A stretch of DNA of 64,000 nucleotides from Candidatus Palauibacter sp. (GTDB lineage Bacteria; Gemmatimonadota; Gemmatimonadetes; Palauibacterales; Palauibacteraceae): assembly GCF_965208055.1 (NCBI RefSeq), contig NZ_CBDBNY010000004.1, positions 2,880,185 to 2,944,184 of the forward strand. The letters run 5' to 3'. The notes under the pieces were generated by a model. It searched no databases. It was not told the DNA's origin and was given only the letters and a program-made list of their open reading frames with translations. This document shows positions 1 to 9,828 of the stretch, in pieces (position 1 is the stretch's first letter; each line of letters begins with the position of its first letter). A program made the position numbers and the translations under genes.

Positions 1-1266
1 CGTTCCATGTACCTCGCGAACAGCCTCGCGCTCGAGATGGCGGGCATCGCGGACGCCACGCCGTCGCCGCCGGGCGGCACGATCGCGAAGGGCGGGGACG
101 GCCGGGTCACGGGCATCCTCACGGGCTCCGCCGTCGACCTCGTCCGGGCCGCCATCACGCCCAAATCGTTCGAGCAGCGCCTCACCGAGGTCCGCGCCGT
201 GCTCCGGGAGGCCCGCGAGGGCGGCGTCACCACGATCCAGGACATCACGTCCTCCGAGCAACTCCGCGCCTACCAGGAACTGCACGCCCGCGGCGAACTG
301 ACCGCCCGCATCAACATCCGCCCCTCGCTCGACAACGTGACCCACACCGGCGGGCTCGGGATCACGCGCGGCTTCGGCGACGACTGGCTCCGCTTCATCG
401 GCTACAAGGCCTGGATCGACGGAATCATGGGCGGCTCCAGCGCGATGTTCTACGAGGAGTACGACCACGCGCCCGGCAACTTCGGGATCGTGCGCCAGAT
501 CATGCTTCCCGAGGGCATCGACGGTCTCGCCCTCTCCCTGACCCGCGACCAGAACTACGCCGAGTTTCCGAAGGGGAACCTCCAGCGGCTCATGGAGGAG
601 GCGGTGCCCACGGGACTCCCGCCCCACATCCACGCGATCGGCGACAAGGGCGTGAAGATCCTGCTCGACCTGTTTGAGACCGTGTTGAGCGAGCACGACA
701 TCATCGAAGCGGATCACAGGTGGCGGATGATCCACGCGCAGGTCGTGGAGGAGGCGGACTTCCACCGCTTCGGCGAACTCAACCTCGTGGCGGAGGTGAA
801 CCCGTACCACATCTCGGACGACATGCGCTGGATGGAGGAGAGGATCGGCCCGGAGCGGTCGCGCGGCGCGTACGCGTTCCGGTCGCTGAAGGACGCGGGG
901 GCCGTGCTCGTGTTCGGGAGCGACAGTCCCGGTACGAACGCCGCCCGCTACTTCCTGCATCCGAGGTACGGGCTCTACGCGGCGGTCAGCCGCCAGACGC
1001 TCACGGGCGAGCCGGCCGAGGGGTGGTTCCCGGAGCAACGCCTGACGATCGAAGAGGCGATCGAGGCCTACACGCGGAATCCGGCCTGGGCTTCGTTCGA
1101 GGAGGACATCAAGGGCACGCTGACGCCGGGGAAGCTGGCGGACATCGCCGTGTTCGACGTGGACCTGATCGAGGCCGGCGGGAACGATCCGGCGCGGCTG
1201 CTCGAAGCCGAGGCGTTGTACACGATCGTCGGCGGCCGCGTCGTCCACGAGCGCGGCGCACCGTAG
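1..1266 (+). CDS. Amidohydrolase-family metal-dependent hydrolase. The first ATG is at nt 7 with only 6 nt of upstream sequence visible, so the true N-terminus is uncertain.
   Basis: 419-aa ORF with an HAIGDKG-type motif and an amidohydrolase-3-like C-terminus (GSDSPGT...). Normal amino-acid composition. Confidence 0.6.
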   Translation, partial: RSMYLANSLALEMAGIADATPSPPGGTIAKGGDGRVTGILTGSAVDLVRAAITPKSFEQRLTEVRAVLREAREGGVTTIQDITSSEQLRAYQELHARGELTARINIRPSLDNVTHTGGLGITRGFGDDWLRFIGYKAWIDGIMGGSSAMFYEEYDHAPGNFGIVRQIMLPEGIDGLALSLTRDQNYAEFPKGNLQRLMEEAVPTGLPPHIHAIGDKGVKILLDLFETVLSEHDIIEADHRWRMIHAQVVEEADFHRFGELNLVAEVNPYHISDDMRWMEERIGPERSRGAYAFRSLKDAGAVLVFGSDSPGTNAARYFLHPRYGLYAAVSRQTLTGEPAEGWFPEQRLTIEEAIEAYTRNPAWASFEEDIKGTLTPGKLADIAVFDVDLIEAGGNDPARLLEAEALYTIVGGRVVHERGAP

Positions 1267-1376
1267 GCGGACTGCGCCGGGAGGCTCCGGCCAGGGGCGG
1301 CTGCTACGGCGGAACGCTTTGTTGGGAAGAGCTTTACGGGCCACGCAACGTATGAACGCGGAGGACTCCGGCGAGA

Positions 1377-1580
1377 ATGATCAGCGTTGCGGTGGACGGA
1401 GGCTTGGTCGAACAGGTGCGAGAGCTGCTCGAGACGGCCTCACTGGAGGAGACCGTCGACTACGCGCTGCGCCAGGTCGTCCGGCGCGATGCGCGACGCC
1501 GTGAGATTGAAGCCCTCGTGAGGATGGAGGGACTCGATCTATCGGACGAGCAAGTCATGGCGGGTTGCTGGCGCCAGTGA
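1377..1580 (+). CDS. VapB-like type II antitoxin (Arc/MetJ-type small DNA-binding protein), orphan.
   Basis: 67 aa, MISVAVDGGLVEQVRELLE...ALRQVVRRDARRRE...LDLSDEQVMAGCWRQ. This is the typical VapB-antitoxin pattern. No toxin ORF follows. The 3' end overlaps a convergent gene. Confidence 0.5.
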   Translation: MISVAVDGGLVEQVRELLETASLEETVDYALRQVVRRDARRREIEALVRMEGLDLSDEQVMAGCWRQ

Positions 1581-2049
1581 GGTCGTTCCCGCCCTCGAGA
1601 AACCGCCAGCCTTCGTCGGTCTGCGGGATTTCGCAGACCGTCTTCCTGCCGAACCAGCGGTAGCGGTTCCGGGCTACGAAGCGGTACACGAAGTTGCGAA
1701 GCGGGGCGGGGATGACGAGGAGTGTCGCGACGAACGGCCAGGCGCGGCCGAGCCCCGCCAGGATGAGCAGCGCGGCCGTGCTGCTGCGGTAGGCCTTTCC
1801 TCTCGCGAACAGAATCAGCGACCGCGGGGGCTCGCCGGGTCCAAGGGTTCCAGGGGTCTCGACCCTCGCCGCCGTGAGGATCCGGCGTCCCGCGTCGGAC
1901 TGGAGCGCGGCGAAGCGGAAGCGGCCCCGCCGGTCCCGGCGGATGACGAAGCGGACGGCGCCCGCGCACAGGTTGCAGACGCCGTCGAAGAGGACGATGG
2001 GGCCCTCCGGGCGCACCTCGGCGTCGGCGGGCCCCGCCGCGTCGTTCAC
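1555..2049 (-). CDS. DCC1-like thiol-disulfide oxidoreductase (DUF393).
   Basis: C-terminal 165 codons of the 729-aa minus ORF read ...VLFDGVCNLCAGAVRFVIRRDRRGRFRFAALQS.... A probable GTG start overlaps the stop of the upstream gene (GTGA). Confidence 0.55.
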   Translation of the reverse strand: MNDAAGPADAEVRPEGPIVLFDGVCNLCAGAVRFVIRRDRRGRFRFAALQSDAGRRILTAARVETPGTLGPGEPPRSLILFARGKAYRSSTAALLILAGLGRAWPFVATLLVIPAPLRNFVYRFVARNRYRWFGRKTVCEIPQTDEGWRFLEGGNDLTGASNPP

Positions 2050-4394
2050 GGCACGAGGCGGGGTCTTGCCATGTTCTTGAGCAGGAAGAGTCCGTCCCCG
2101 GTTCCCGTCACGGCGATCGTTCCGCTCTCGAAGTAGGGGTAGTTGCTCCACGATGCGCCGCCCTGGTAGGGCGATGTGTCGAAGAAGCCGATCTCGACCG
2201 GGTTCTCGGGGTCCGAGATGTCCAGGACGCGGAAGCCCGCGGAGTAGTTCGACTGGTACATGAGATCGCCGACGATGTAGAGGTTGTGGTCGGTGGCGGT
2301 CGTCTCCGCGATGTATTCCGTGACGAGGATCGGATCGTCGAGGTCCGTCACATCCCACACCAGCGTGCGCGTCCCCTCCACGAGGCCCTGGGGCTCGTCG
2401 CCCTCGTCGTTCATGTAGAAGTAGCGGTGGTCGTCGGTCAGCCAGCCCTGGTGCGCGTAGGCGACGTTCGGATAGTCGATCGTGGCGAGGCCGACCGGCG
2501 CATTCTTGTCGCTCACGTCGGCGATGTTGAACGCCGTCTCGTTCGAGCCGAGGCAGATCTCCTTGCCCGCGTGCTCGGTGTCGGGGCCGCGGTAGGTCAC
2601 GCACTGCGCGTCGTGTACGTACCCCGTGCCGCGGCGTCCCGTCCCCTCCTGCGCGAAGCAGCCGGCGAAGACGGGCTGGGCCGGATCCTCGAGATCGATC
2701 ATGTGCAGGCCGCCGCCGCAGGTCTCGCCTCCGCCGCTGTTCCCGACGGCATAGGCGAAACCGGTCTCCTCGTTGATGACGATGTTGTGGGCCGAGTGAA
2801 TCCCGTCGTAGAGGAACGTCTCCTCGAACGTCACGGGCTCCGCGCCCACGTCGCGCAGTTGCCGCAGGTCGAACACCTGCACGCCGTGCTCCAGGGCCGC
2901 GTCCGCGACGATGTAGGCGTGGTCGCGATACACCTTGATGTCGCGCCAGATCATGTGTCGCGAACCTTCGGTGGCCGGCAGGTCGCCGAGGAAGCGCGGG
3001 TGATAGGGGTCGCTGACGTCGACGAACGATGTGCCGTCCGTACGCCCGACGATCGCGATCTCCCGCCCCGTCTCCGGATCGGTCCAGCCCCAGATGTCGT
3101 TGACGCGCGTGGCGCGGGTGCCGCCGAGGTCCTTGATCGGCATGAACGCGGTGATGTTCACGTCCCGGCACTCGAAGACGTCCGCCTGCCCCTCGGCGCA
3201 CTCGATCTCTTCGCCGGCGATGGCGGGGAGGCCGCGGTAGTCGTTGACGAGGGTGCCGCCCTCTTCCCAGGCACCGGTGGCGGACCGCTCGTAGACGACG
3301 GCGCCGCCGGCGCGGGAGTCGACTCCCGTCGCGCCGATGACGAGGTGGTCGCCGGATCGCGCGGCCGCCCCGGCGAAGCCGGAGCGCTCGCCGAGCGGAG
3401 AGCGCAGGAGAATGGAAGCCTCGCGCCACTGCCCCTCGGCATCGCGCCGGTAGGCATACAGGGTGCCGGCGCCCATGAAGCTGCCCGGCGCCCCAATGAG
3501 GATGTCGTCGCCATCGAATCCGATGGAGGAGCCGAACTGCGCGTTGGGTTCGGGCAGGAGCGGGCCGAGCCGCGCCTCCATGGTCCAGCCGTCGGCGCCC
3601 CGCGCAAAGGCGAAGACCGCCCCGCCGCTCTCCCTCAGCGTCGGGGCGCCCACCAGCGCGAAGCCGTCGCGCACGGCGAGCGAGGCGCCGAACCCGCTCC
3701 GCTCCTGGAGCGGCGGCGTTTCCAGCATCCCGGCCGCCGTCCACGCCCCCGAACGATCGCGCTCGAAGGCATGCACTGCGGGTGGCGCGTCATCGGCCTC
3801 CCGGGTGCCGACGAGCAGCGTTTCTCCGTCGAGGGCCAGCGCCGCGCCGAACCCCTCGGTCGCCACGCCCTCCGTCGGCCGCAGCGCCGCGCCTGCGGAC
3901 GCGGTCCCGTCGGGGCCCGGGACATAGGAGAACACGGCCCCTCGTCCGTCGTCCGCTCCGGGGGAAGACACGATCGCGGCGCCCCCGGTCAGGGCGATGG
4001 CGCTCCCGAACGCCGCGGCGCCCTCCGGCGCCCCGAGCCGGGCCACCTGCTCCCAGCCGCCCGCCCCATCGGACCGGAACACGTAGACCGCGCCGGCCCC
4101 GTCCGCTTCGAGCGGCGCGCCCGCCCACAGCCAGTCCCCCTGAGTCGCGATCGCCCGCCCGAACCCGTCCGGGACGCGCACCTCGCCGGAAACCGTGATC
4201 TGCCCCGTCTCGGCCCAGCCCGAGCCCGTGCGGCCGAAGACCCACACGATGCCGGACATCGTGCCGTTGCCCGCTTCGCCGACCAGCACCTGGTCGCCGC
4301 TCACGGCAAGCGCACCGCCGAACTGCTGCGCGCCGGCCACCGCGGGGCTCGCCAACACCAATCCCGCCGCCAAGAAAAGGATTCGCCGATTCAT
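2046..4394 (-). CDS. Secreted two-propeller protein: N-terminal FG-GAP repeats fused to a C-terminal LVIVD-repeat (choice-of-anchor-B-like) domain.
   Basis: The real start is MNRRILFLAAGLVLASPAVAGAQQ (signal peptide), about 108 codons inside the 890-aa ORF. There are repeated FGxAxAxxGDxLxxGAP...GAVYVF units. The C-terminus has six D[IVL]S[DN]PxNP motifs and is homologous to the 33685 and 35255 genes. Confidence 0.7.
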   Translation of the reverse strand: MNRRILFLAAGLVLASPAVAGAQQFGGALAVSGDQVLVGEAGNGTMSGIVWVFGRTGSGWAETGQITVSGEVRVPDGFGRAIATQGDWLWAGAPLEADGAGAVYVFRSDGAGGWEQVARLGAPEGAAAFGSAIALTGGAAIVSSPGADDGRGAVFSYVPGPDGTASAGAALRPTEGVATEGFGAALALDGETLLVGTREADDAPPAVHAFERDRSGAWTAAGMLETPPLQERSGFGASLAVRDGFALVGAPTLRESGGAVFAFARGADGWTMEARLGPLLPEPNAQFGSSIGFDGDDILIGAPGSFMGAGTLYAYRRDAEGQWREASILLRSPLGERSGFAGAAARSGDHLVIGATGVDSRAGGAVVYERSATGAWEEGGTLVNDYRGLPAIAGEEIECAEGQADVFECRDVNITAFMPIKDLGGTRATRVNDIWGWTDPETGREIAIVGRTDGTSFVDVSDPYHPRFLGDLPATEGSRHMIWRDIKVYRDHAYIVADAALEHGVQVFDLRQLRDVGAEPVTFEETFLYDGIHSAHNIVINEETGFAYAVGNSGGGETCGGGLHMIDLEDPAQPVFAGCFAQEGTGRRGTGYVHDAQCVTYRGPDTEHAGKEICLGSNETAFNIADVSDKNAPVGLATIDYPNVAYAHQGWLTDDHRYFYMNDEGDEPQGLVEGTRTLVWDVTDLDDPILVTEYIAETTATDHNLYIVGDLMYQSNYSAGFRVLDISDPENPVEIGFFDTSPYQGGASWSNYPYFESGTIAVTGTGDGLFLLKNMARPRLVP

Positions 4395-4587
4395 GAGATA
4401 CCTCTCCCGGAGTTCCGTCCCGTCACACCGTCGTGTCACGCGTCCCGTCGCCGATGACACGCATGCAAGCTGCGTTCCCACCGGCCCGACACGCCAGCGC
4501 CCACGCCGATCCCGATGGTTTCCTTCCCCCCATTCCCGCGTGTACGTTGCAAATCTGCACATATCCCGCTTTCGGCAGGAGGTCATC

Positions 4588-6669
4588 ATGTATCGCGCCG
4601 CCCGCTTCGTCTCCGCGAGCCTTCCTCTTCTCCTCTTCGTCGGCCTCTTCGCCGGTCCGGCACCGGTCTCGGCCCAGAACGGCGACGGGACGAAGACCCT
4701 TTCCCTCGACATGTACATGGACTGGGAACGGGTCTCGAACCCCCAGATCTCCCCGGACGGCCGCCACGTCGTCTACACGCGCGGCTGGATCGACCAGATC
4801 AACGACCGCTGGGAGTCCACGCTGTACATCATGAACGCCGACGGCACCCGCAAGCGGGAGCTGATCGAAGGGTCCGGCGCGATCTGGTCTCCGGACGGCA
4901 CCCGCATCGCCTACACCGCGTCGGGTGAGCCGGAGGGCTCGCAGATCTTCGTGCGCTGGATGGACGCGGAGGGGGCGAGGACCCAGATCACGCGGGTCGA
5001 GCATTCCCCCGGCAGCCTGCGCTGGTCGCCGGACGGCACGCACATCGCCTTCACCATGCTGGTGGAGGACGAGGAGAGCTGGCCGATCGACCTGCCGAGC
5101 CGCCCGGATGGCGCGAAGTGGACGGAAGGCCCGAAGATCGTCACCCGCATGGACTATCGTCAGGACCGCCGCGGGTACGTCGACCAGGGCCACTCCCACG
5201 TCTTCGTGGTCCCCGCCGACGGCGGCACGCCGCGCCAGCTCACCGATGGGATGTGGAACCACGGCAACCCGCAGTGGAGCCCGGACGGGAGCGAGATCTA
5301 CTTCTCATCGCTGCGGGAGGAGGACTCCGAGTACAACTGGCGCGAGTCCGAGATCTACGCGGTGGACGTGGCCTCGGGCGCGATCCGGCAGCTTACGACG
5401 CGCCACGGGCCGGACGGCGGCGCCTATCCCTCGCCCGACGGCAGCCTCATCGCCTACGCGGGACAGGACTGGAACGACGACACGTACCGCAACTCCCACC
5501 TCTACGTGATGAACCCGGACGGTTCGGGCGTGCGGCAGATCTCCGGCGACTTCGACCGTGGTCTGCGCGGGAGCCCGCAGCTCATGTGGGCCCCGGACGG
5601 GAGCGGCGTCTACTTCAACGTGAACCGTGAAGGCACGCGGCACCTGCACTTCGCATCCGTGGACGGCGGCGTGACGCAGGTCACGACCGGCAACCACCTC
5701 CTGAGCCTGAGTTCGTTCACCGAAGACGGGGATGCGGTCGGCACGTTGACCACGCCGCACGGCCCCGGCGACGTGGTGTCGTTCGATCTCGACGACGGCG
5801 GCAACCTCATGCCGCTTACGGATGTGAACGCGGATGTGCTGGCGGGGGTCACGCTCGGCGAGGTCGAGGAGATCTGGTACAAGTCGGTGAACGACTGGGA
5901 TATCCAGGGCTGGATCGTGAAGCCGCCCGACTTCGACCCGTCGAGGAAGTACCCGCTCATCCTGTCGATCCACGGCGGGCCGCACGGCATGTACAACACC
6001 GGCTTCAACTTCGGCTGGCAGGAGCACGCCGCGAACGGCTACGTCGTCGTCTACACCAACCCCCGCGGCAGTTCCGGGTACGGGACGGACTTCGGGAACG
6101 CGATCAAGAACGCCTATCCGTCGCAGGATTTCGACGACCTGATGGCCGGCGTCGACGAGGTCGTGGCGCGGGGATACATCGACGAGGACAACATGTTCGT
6201 CTACGGCTGCTCCGGCGGCGGCGTGCTCACCTCATGGGTCGTGGGCCACACGGACCGCTTCCGCGCCGCCTCGGCGAACTGCCCGGTCACGAACTGGCTC
6301 TCCTTCGTCGGGACGACGGACGGACCCGGCTGGTACCGCAACTTCGAGCACTTCCCGTGGGACGACCCCTCGGAGCACCTGCGCCGCTCGCCGCTCATGT
6401 ACGTGGGCAACGTGACGACGCCGACGATGCTGATGACGGGGGAGATGGACCTGCGGACGCCGATGCCCCAGACGGAGGAATACTACCAGGCGCTCAAGAT
6501 GGAGCGGGTGCCGACGGCGATGATCCGCTTCCGCAACGAGTGGCACGGGACGAGCAGCACGCCGTCGAACTTCCTGCGCACGCAGCTCTTCCTGCGCACC
6601 TGGTTCGAGCGCTTCGGGACGCACGACGACGGCGACACGCGCGCCGTATCGGACGACCAAAGCTCCTGA
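4588..6669 (+). CDS. S9 family serine peptidase (prolyl oligopeptidase/acylaminoacyl peptidase type) with an N-terminal PD40/TolB-like propeller.
   Basis: Start MYRAARFVS... with a signal peptide and an AGGAGG-like RBS. SPDG repeats are present. The catalytic-Ser motif is GCSGGG (GxSxGG). A C-terminal His region is present. Confidence 0.8.
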   Translation: MYRAARFVSASLPLLLFVGLFAGPAPVSAQNGDGTKTLSLDMYMDWERVSNPQISPDGRHVVYTRGWIDQINDRWESTLYIMNADGTRKRELIEGSGAIWSPDGTRIAYTASGEPEGSQIFVRWMDAEGARTQITRVEHSPGSLRWSPDGTHIAFTMLVEDEESWPIDLPSRPDGAKWTEGPKIVTRMDYRQDRRGYVDQGHSHVFVVPADGGTPRQLTDGMWNHGNPQWSPDGSEIYFSSLREEDSEYNWRESEIYAVDVASGAIRQLTTRHGPDGGAYPSPDGSLIAYAGQDWNDDTYRNSHLYVMNPDGSGVRQISGDFDRGLRGSPQLMWAPDGSGVYFNVNREGTRHLHFASVDGGVTQVTTGNHLLSLSSFTEDGDAVGTLTTPHGPGDVVSFDLDDGGNLMPLTDVNADVLAGVTLGEVEEIWYKSVNDWDIQGWIVKPPDFDPSRKYPLILSIHGGPHGMYNTGFNFGWQEHAANGYVVVYTNPRGSSGYGTDFGNAIKNAYPSQDFDDLMAGVDEVVARGYIDEDNMFVYGCSGGGVLTSWVVGHTDRFRAASANCPVTNWLSFVGTTDGPGWYRNFEHFPWDDPSEHLRRSPLMYVGNVTTPTMLMTGEMDLRTPMPQTEEYYQALKMERVPTAMIRFRNEWHGTSSTPSNFLRTQLFLRTWFERFGTHDDGDTRAVSDDQSS

Positions 6670-6959
6670 CCTGCAAGCGCCCGGGATCCGCGCCGGGTTC
6701 CAGCGCAGCCCGCGAACGCCCCGTTCGAGCTTCGGTTCCGACGGGGTGTCGCGGGTCGATTACGGTCCGAGCGCGCCGATGGGGATGACGCTCACGCCAT
6801 CGGGCCGCTGGTAACCGTACGGGCTGCAATTGAAGGTCGCGCAACAGGTGTTCCGGTCCGGCGCCAAGTGCCGCCACGGCGAGGGACGGGTCGACGAAGT
6901 GGCCGCCCGTTTGGCGATTTGCAACGCCTACAATCGTGCTTCTGCAACCTCCCGGCCGC

Positions 6960-9635
6960 CTATCGCCCTGGTCCCAGCAGGACGGCGTTCATGAACAGGA
7001 GTTGCGTCGCCTCCGCGTAGGCGCGGTAGTTCGGGTCCTCGGCGAAAGCCACGATCTGGCCGCGCCCCACGGGCTGGTGGATGAGGAACGCCTTGTTCGC
7101 CAGTTGCGGACGCGATTCCTCCCACACGATCCCGCTCAGGACGAGGCTCTCGAGGTCGGCGTAGCGGCCGACGTTCGTGCCCTCGTCGAGGGTGATGGGA
7201 CGGAAGACGCGGGAGCCCTCGACGAGGACGCCGATCTCGCCGTCCGTGCCGGCGGCGAGCCAGTGTTCCGTGTCGAGCCGCGTGCGCAGGATCGCGCCGG
7301 GCACGCCCTCCGGCGATTCGTCCTCCGGGGAGATCGCATCGAGGTAGTCGATCGGCTGCTCGGGCGTGCCGGGCTCCGGCGGGTCGTCGCCCTCGGCGCG
7401 GCCGCCCCGGCGCTCCGGCTCGGTGGCGAGGAGCCCGGCCCGCGAGGCCCAGCGCGAGGACTCGGCCATCGTGATCAGCGTGCCGCCGTCCCGCATCCAG
7501 GCCCGCAGACGATCCAGCAGCCCGTCTCCCACGACACCGCCGTAGTTGCCGCTCGGGAAGACGACGACGTCGTAGTCCGCCAGCCGTGCCCGGCCGAGGC
7601 TCGAGGCGCGCACAGCTGTCGTGCGCTGCCCGTAGCGCCGTTCGAGGACGTAACGGGCCCAGCCCACGGAATAGCCCCGGCCGGGGGCGTCGTAGACGAG
7701 GAGCACGCGCGGCTCGCGCAGCGCCCGGACGCTGCGGCTGCCGAGCGACATGCCCTCGCGCACGTACGCGTCGTCGATCGGGACGACTTCGGCGCGGTGC
7801 CGGGCGGCGATGCCGGCCAGGCGTTGTCGCAGATTGGGGCCGTTCTCGGCCGCCCGGACGATGGCGGTGCCGACGCCGAAGCGGCGGCCGTCCAGCGTGA
7901 ACTCCGCGCCCGCGGCCCGGATACGGAGGCCTTCGCGCAGCGCTTCGGCGACCGCCGCGGCCCCGTTCGTGCCCCACGGGACCAGGTAACCGACGAGCGC
8001 TTCGGGCAGGGGCGCCGCCGAGCCGCCGCCCCCGCCGCCGACTCCCCGGCCGCCGCCCTCGCCACCGCCGTTCACCTCCGGGCGCGCGGCGGTCTCGCTC
8101 GCGGTCAACGGCGCGCCGCGCGCCCCCGTCGGGGCGGTCTCGATCGCCTCCACGTCCCACAGCAGCGGCTGGCTCCACGCCGTCAGGTCGTAGATCTCGT
8201 CCGGCTGCCGGTTCGCCCGACGCTCGACCTGCCGCCGCACGAAATCCTCCTCCATCGGCACGTGCGCGTCGAGGAGGTTGCGGATGAAGCGGTGCGCGGG
8301 CTGCGCGAGCGGCACGATGAAGCTCGAACCGGCGGGTAGCGTCCGGCCTCCGACCGTCACCGGCCCGGCGGCGCGAAACACTTCCATCCCGTTCTCGACG
8401 AGCATGAGGGCGAGCCGCTCCGCCATGCCCGGATCGTGCGCGGAATGGAGCACGATCTCGGCCGGGCCCCGCTCCCCGAGCGCGATCCCTTCACGCAGGA
8501 ACGCCACGTAGTCCCGCAGGATCCGGTCCCGGTTCCGGGCAGCCGTGAGAGCGGTCTCGATCGCCGCCGTGAAGTGGTGCAGCACGCCGTCGCCGTACGT
8601 GAGCAGGTCGTCATCCGATTGCCGCAGCCGGAGTCCCCCGGCGCCCGCCTGCTCGTACGTCATCCCCAGCGCCCCGTGCCCCATCGGCCACATGTCCACG
8701 TAGCCGGGATAGAAGAGGTCGTACACGTCCCGGTTGAAGTACGCGAACCCGCGTTCGTCGAAGCGCGCCGCGATCGCCTCGCCGAACACGTCCATGAGCG
8801 CGACCTGCCGCTCCCCGAACCAGGGGTTGGAGGGCGGCGCGGTGGGGGGGAAGAAGTAGGTCGCGTCCCCTCCCATCTCGTGCAGGTCCGCCACGATGTG
8901 GGGACGGAACTCGAGGAAAATGTCCACCTTCCCCCGCGTTTCGACCTGGCTCTGGATGAACAGGTCCCGGTTGAGGTCGAACAGGTAGTGGTTCCCGCGG
9001 CCGCCCGGCCACGGCGGGTCGTGCTCGGCGGAGACCCGGGCCTCGTCCGGCCAGCGCGCCCCCGCGACCGAGTTCTGGTACACGAAGCGGTTCCGCCCGT
9101 CCGGGTTCTCCATGGGGTCGATGAGGACGAGCGACTCCGAGAGGATGAGGTCGACGTCGGGATCCCCGATCGCCGCGAGCAGGTGGTAGGCTTCGGCCAT
9201 CGCGGCGCCGCTGGAACTGATCTCGTCGCCGTGGATCCCGTGCATGAGCGCGGTGACGACCGGGAGTTCGGCCAGCAAGGCCTCGGCCTCCGCATCGGAG
9301 AGGCCGCGCGGGTCGGCGAGCCGCGCGATGCCCGCCTTCACCTCGTCGAGCCGCGCCATGCGCTCCGGCGAGCCGATGACGAGGACGACGAGCTGCCGGC
9401 CCTCCCAACTCTCCGCGTACTGCATGAGACGCGTCCGGTCGGGGGCCGCGGCGGCGAGCGCCTCCATGTAGCGGATCACGTCGTCGGGCGGCGTGACGAC
9501 CTCGCGGAAGCCGTGTCCCGCCACCTCTTCGAGCGTGGGGATGCCGGGGTCGTAGCGCGTTCCGGGTGCGAGTTCCTGCGCCTGGGCGGGCACCTGCAGC
9601 GCGGCGGCGAGCGCGAGCGTGGAAAGCACGGGCAC
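6960..9635 (-). CDS. M14 family zinc carboxypeptidase, large secreted form.
   Basis: Signal peptide MPVLSTLALAAALQVPAQAQ. An HGIHGDE (HxxE) zinc motif is present. Total length is 891 aa with a long C-terminal extension. Confidence 0.7.
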   Translation of the reverse strand: MPVLSTLALAAALQVPAQAQELAPGTRYDPGIPTLEEVAGHGFREVVTPPDDVIRYMEALAAAAPDRTRLMQYAESWEGRQLVVLVIGSPERMARLDEVKAGIARLADPRGLSDAEAEALLAELPVVTALMHGIHGDEISSSGAAMAEAYHLLAAIGDPDVDLILSESLVLIDPMENPDGRNRFVYQNSVAGARWPDEARVSAEHDPPWPGGRGNHYLFDLNRDLFIQSQVETRGKVDIFLEFRPHIVADLHEMGGDATYFFPPTAPPSNPWFGERQVALMDVFGEAIAARFDERGFAYFNRDVYDLFYPGYVDMWPMGHGALGMTYEQAGAGGLRLRQSDDDLLTYGDGVLHHFTAAIETALTAARNRDRILRDYVAFLREGIALGERGPAEIVLHSAHDPGMAERLALMLVENGMEVFRAAGPVTVGGRTLPAGSSFIVPLAQPAHRFIRNLLDAHVPMEEDFVRRQVERRANRQPDEIYDLTAWSQPLLWDVEAIETAPTGARGAPLTASETAARPEVNGGGEGGGRGVGGGGGGSAAPLPEALVGYLVPWGTNGAAAVAEALREGLRIRAAGAEFTLDGRRFGVGTAIVRAAENGPNLRQRLAGIAARHRAEVVPIDDAYVREGMSLGSRSVRALREPRVLLVYDAPGRGYSVGWARYVLERRYGQRTTAVRASSLGRARLADYDVVVFPSGNYGGVVGDGLLDRLRAWMRDGGTLITMAESSRWASRAGLLATEPERRGGRAEGDDPPEPGTPEQPIDYLDAISPEDESPEGVPGAILRTRLDTEHWLAAGTDGEIGVLVEGSRVFRPITLDEGTNVGRYADLESLVLSGIVWEESRPQLANKAFLIHQPVGRGQIVAFAEDPNYRAYAEATQLLFMNAVLLGPGR

Positions 9636-9761
9636 ATCTCCGGGTACGGGGAACGGGAGGCCGTCGACTCACTATCGCACGATCGTCGCGGGGGTGCACG
9701 ATGCGTTGGGCGGTGCGTTGCACGCCGGGGCGGCCAGGGCGCATCCTCAGGCCGATCCGAT

Positions 9762-9794
9762 CCTGGCAGCCCGCGCCGAAACCGGGCTGCCAGG
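9762..9794 (+). promoter_or_regulatory. Perfect 12-bp-stem hairpin about 35 nt upstream of the NRAMP-like gene start, inside the divergent M14/NRAMP intergenic region.
   Basis: cctggcagcccg-cgccgaaac-cgggctgccagg. Confidence 0.35.
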
Positions 9795-9828
9795 TCCCGC
9801 CGCCCACGGTCCGGCCGGAGGAGACCCA

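Noticed and set aside
2050-3744. The 5' portion of the 729-aa minus ORF (1555-3744), and the 723-aa plus ORF 2286-4457.
   Set aside because: Arg/Gly/Ala/Pro-rich low-complexity translations that lie antisense or out of frame to the FG-GAP/LVIVD gene. They are typical high-GC shadow ORFs. Only the last ~165 codons of the minus ORF (the DCC gene) look real.
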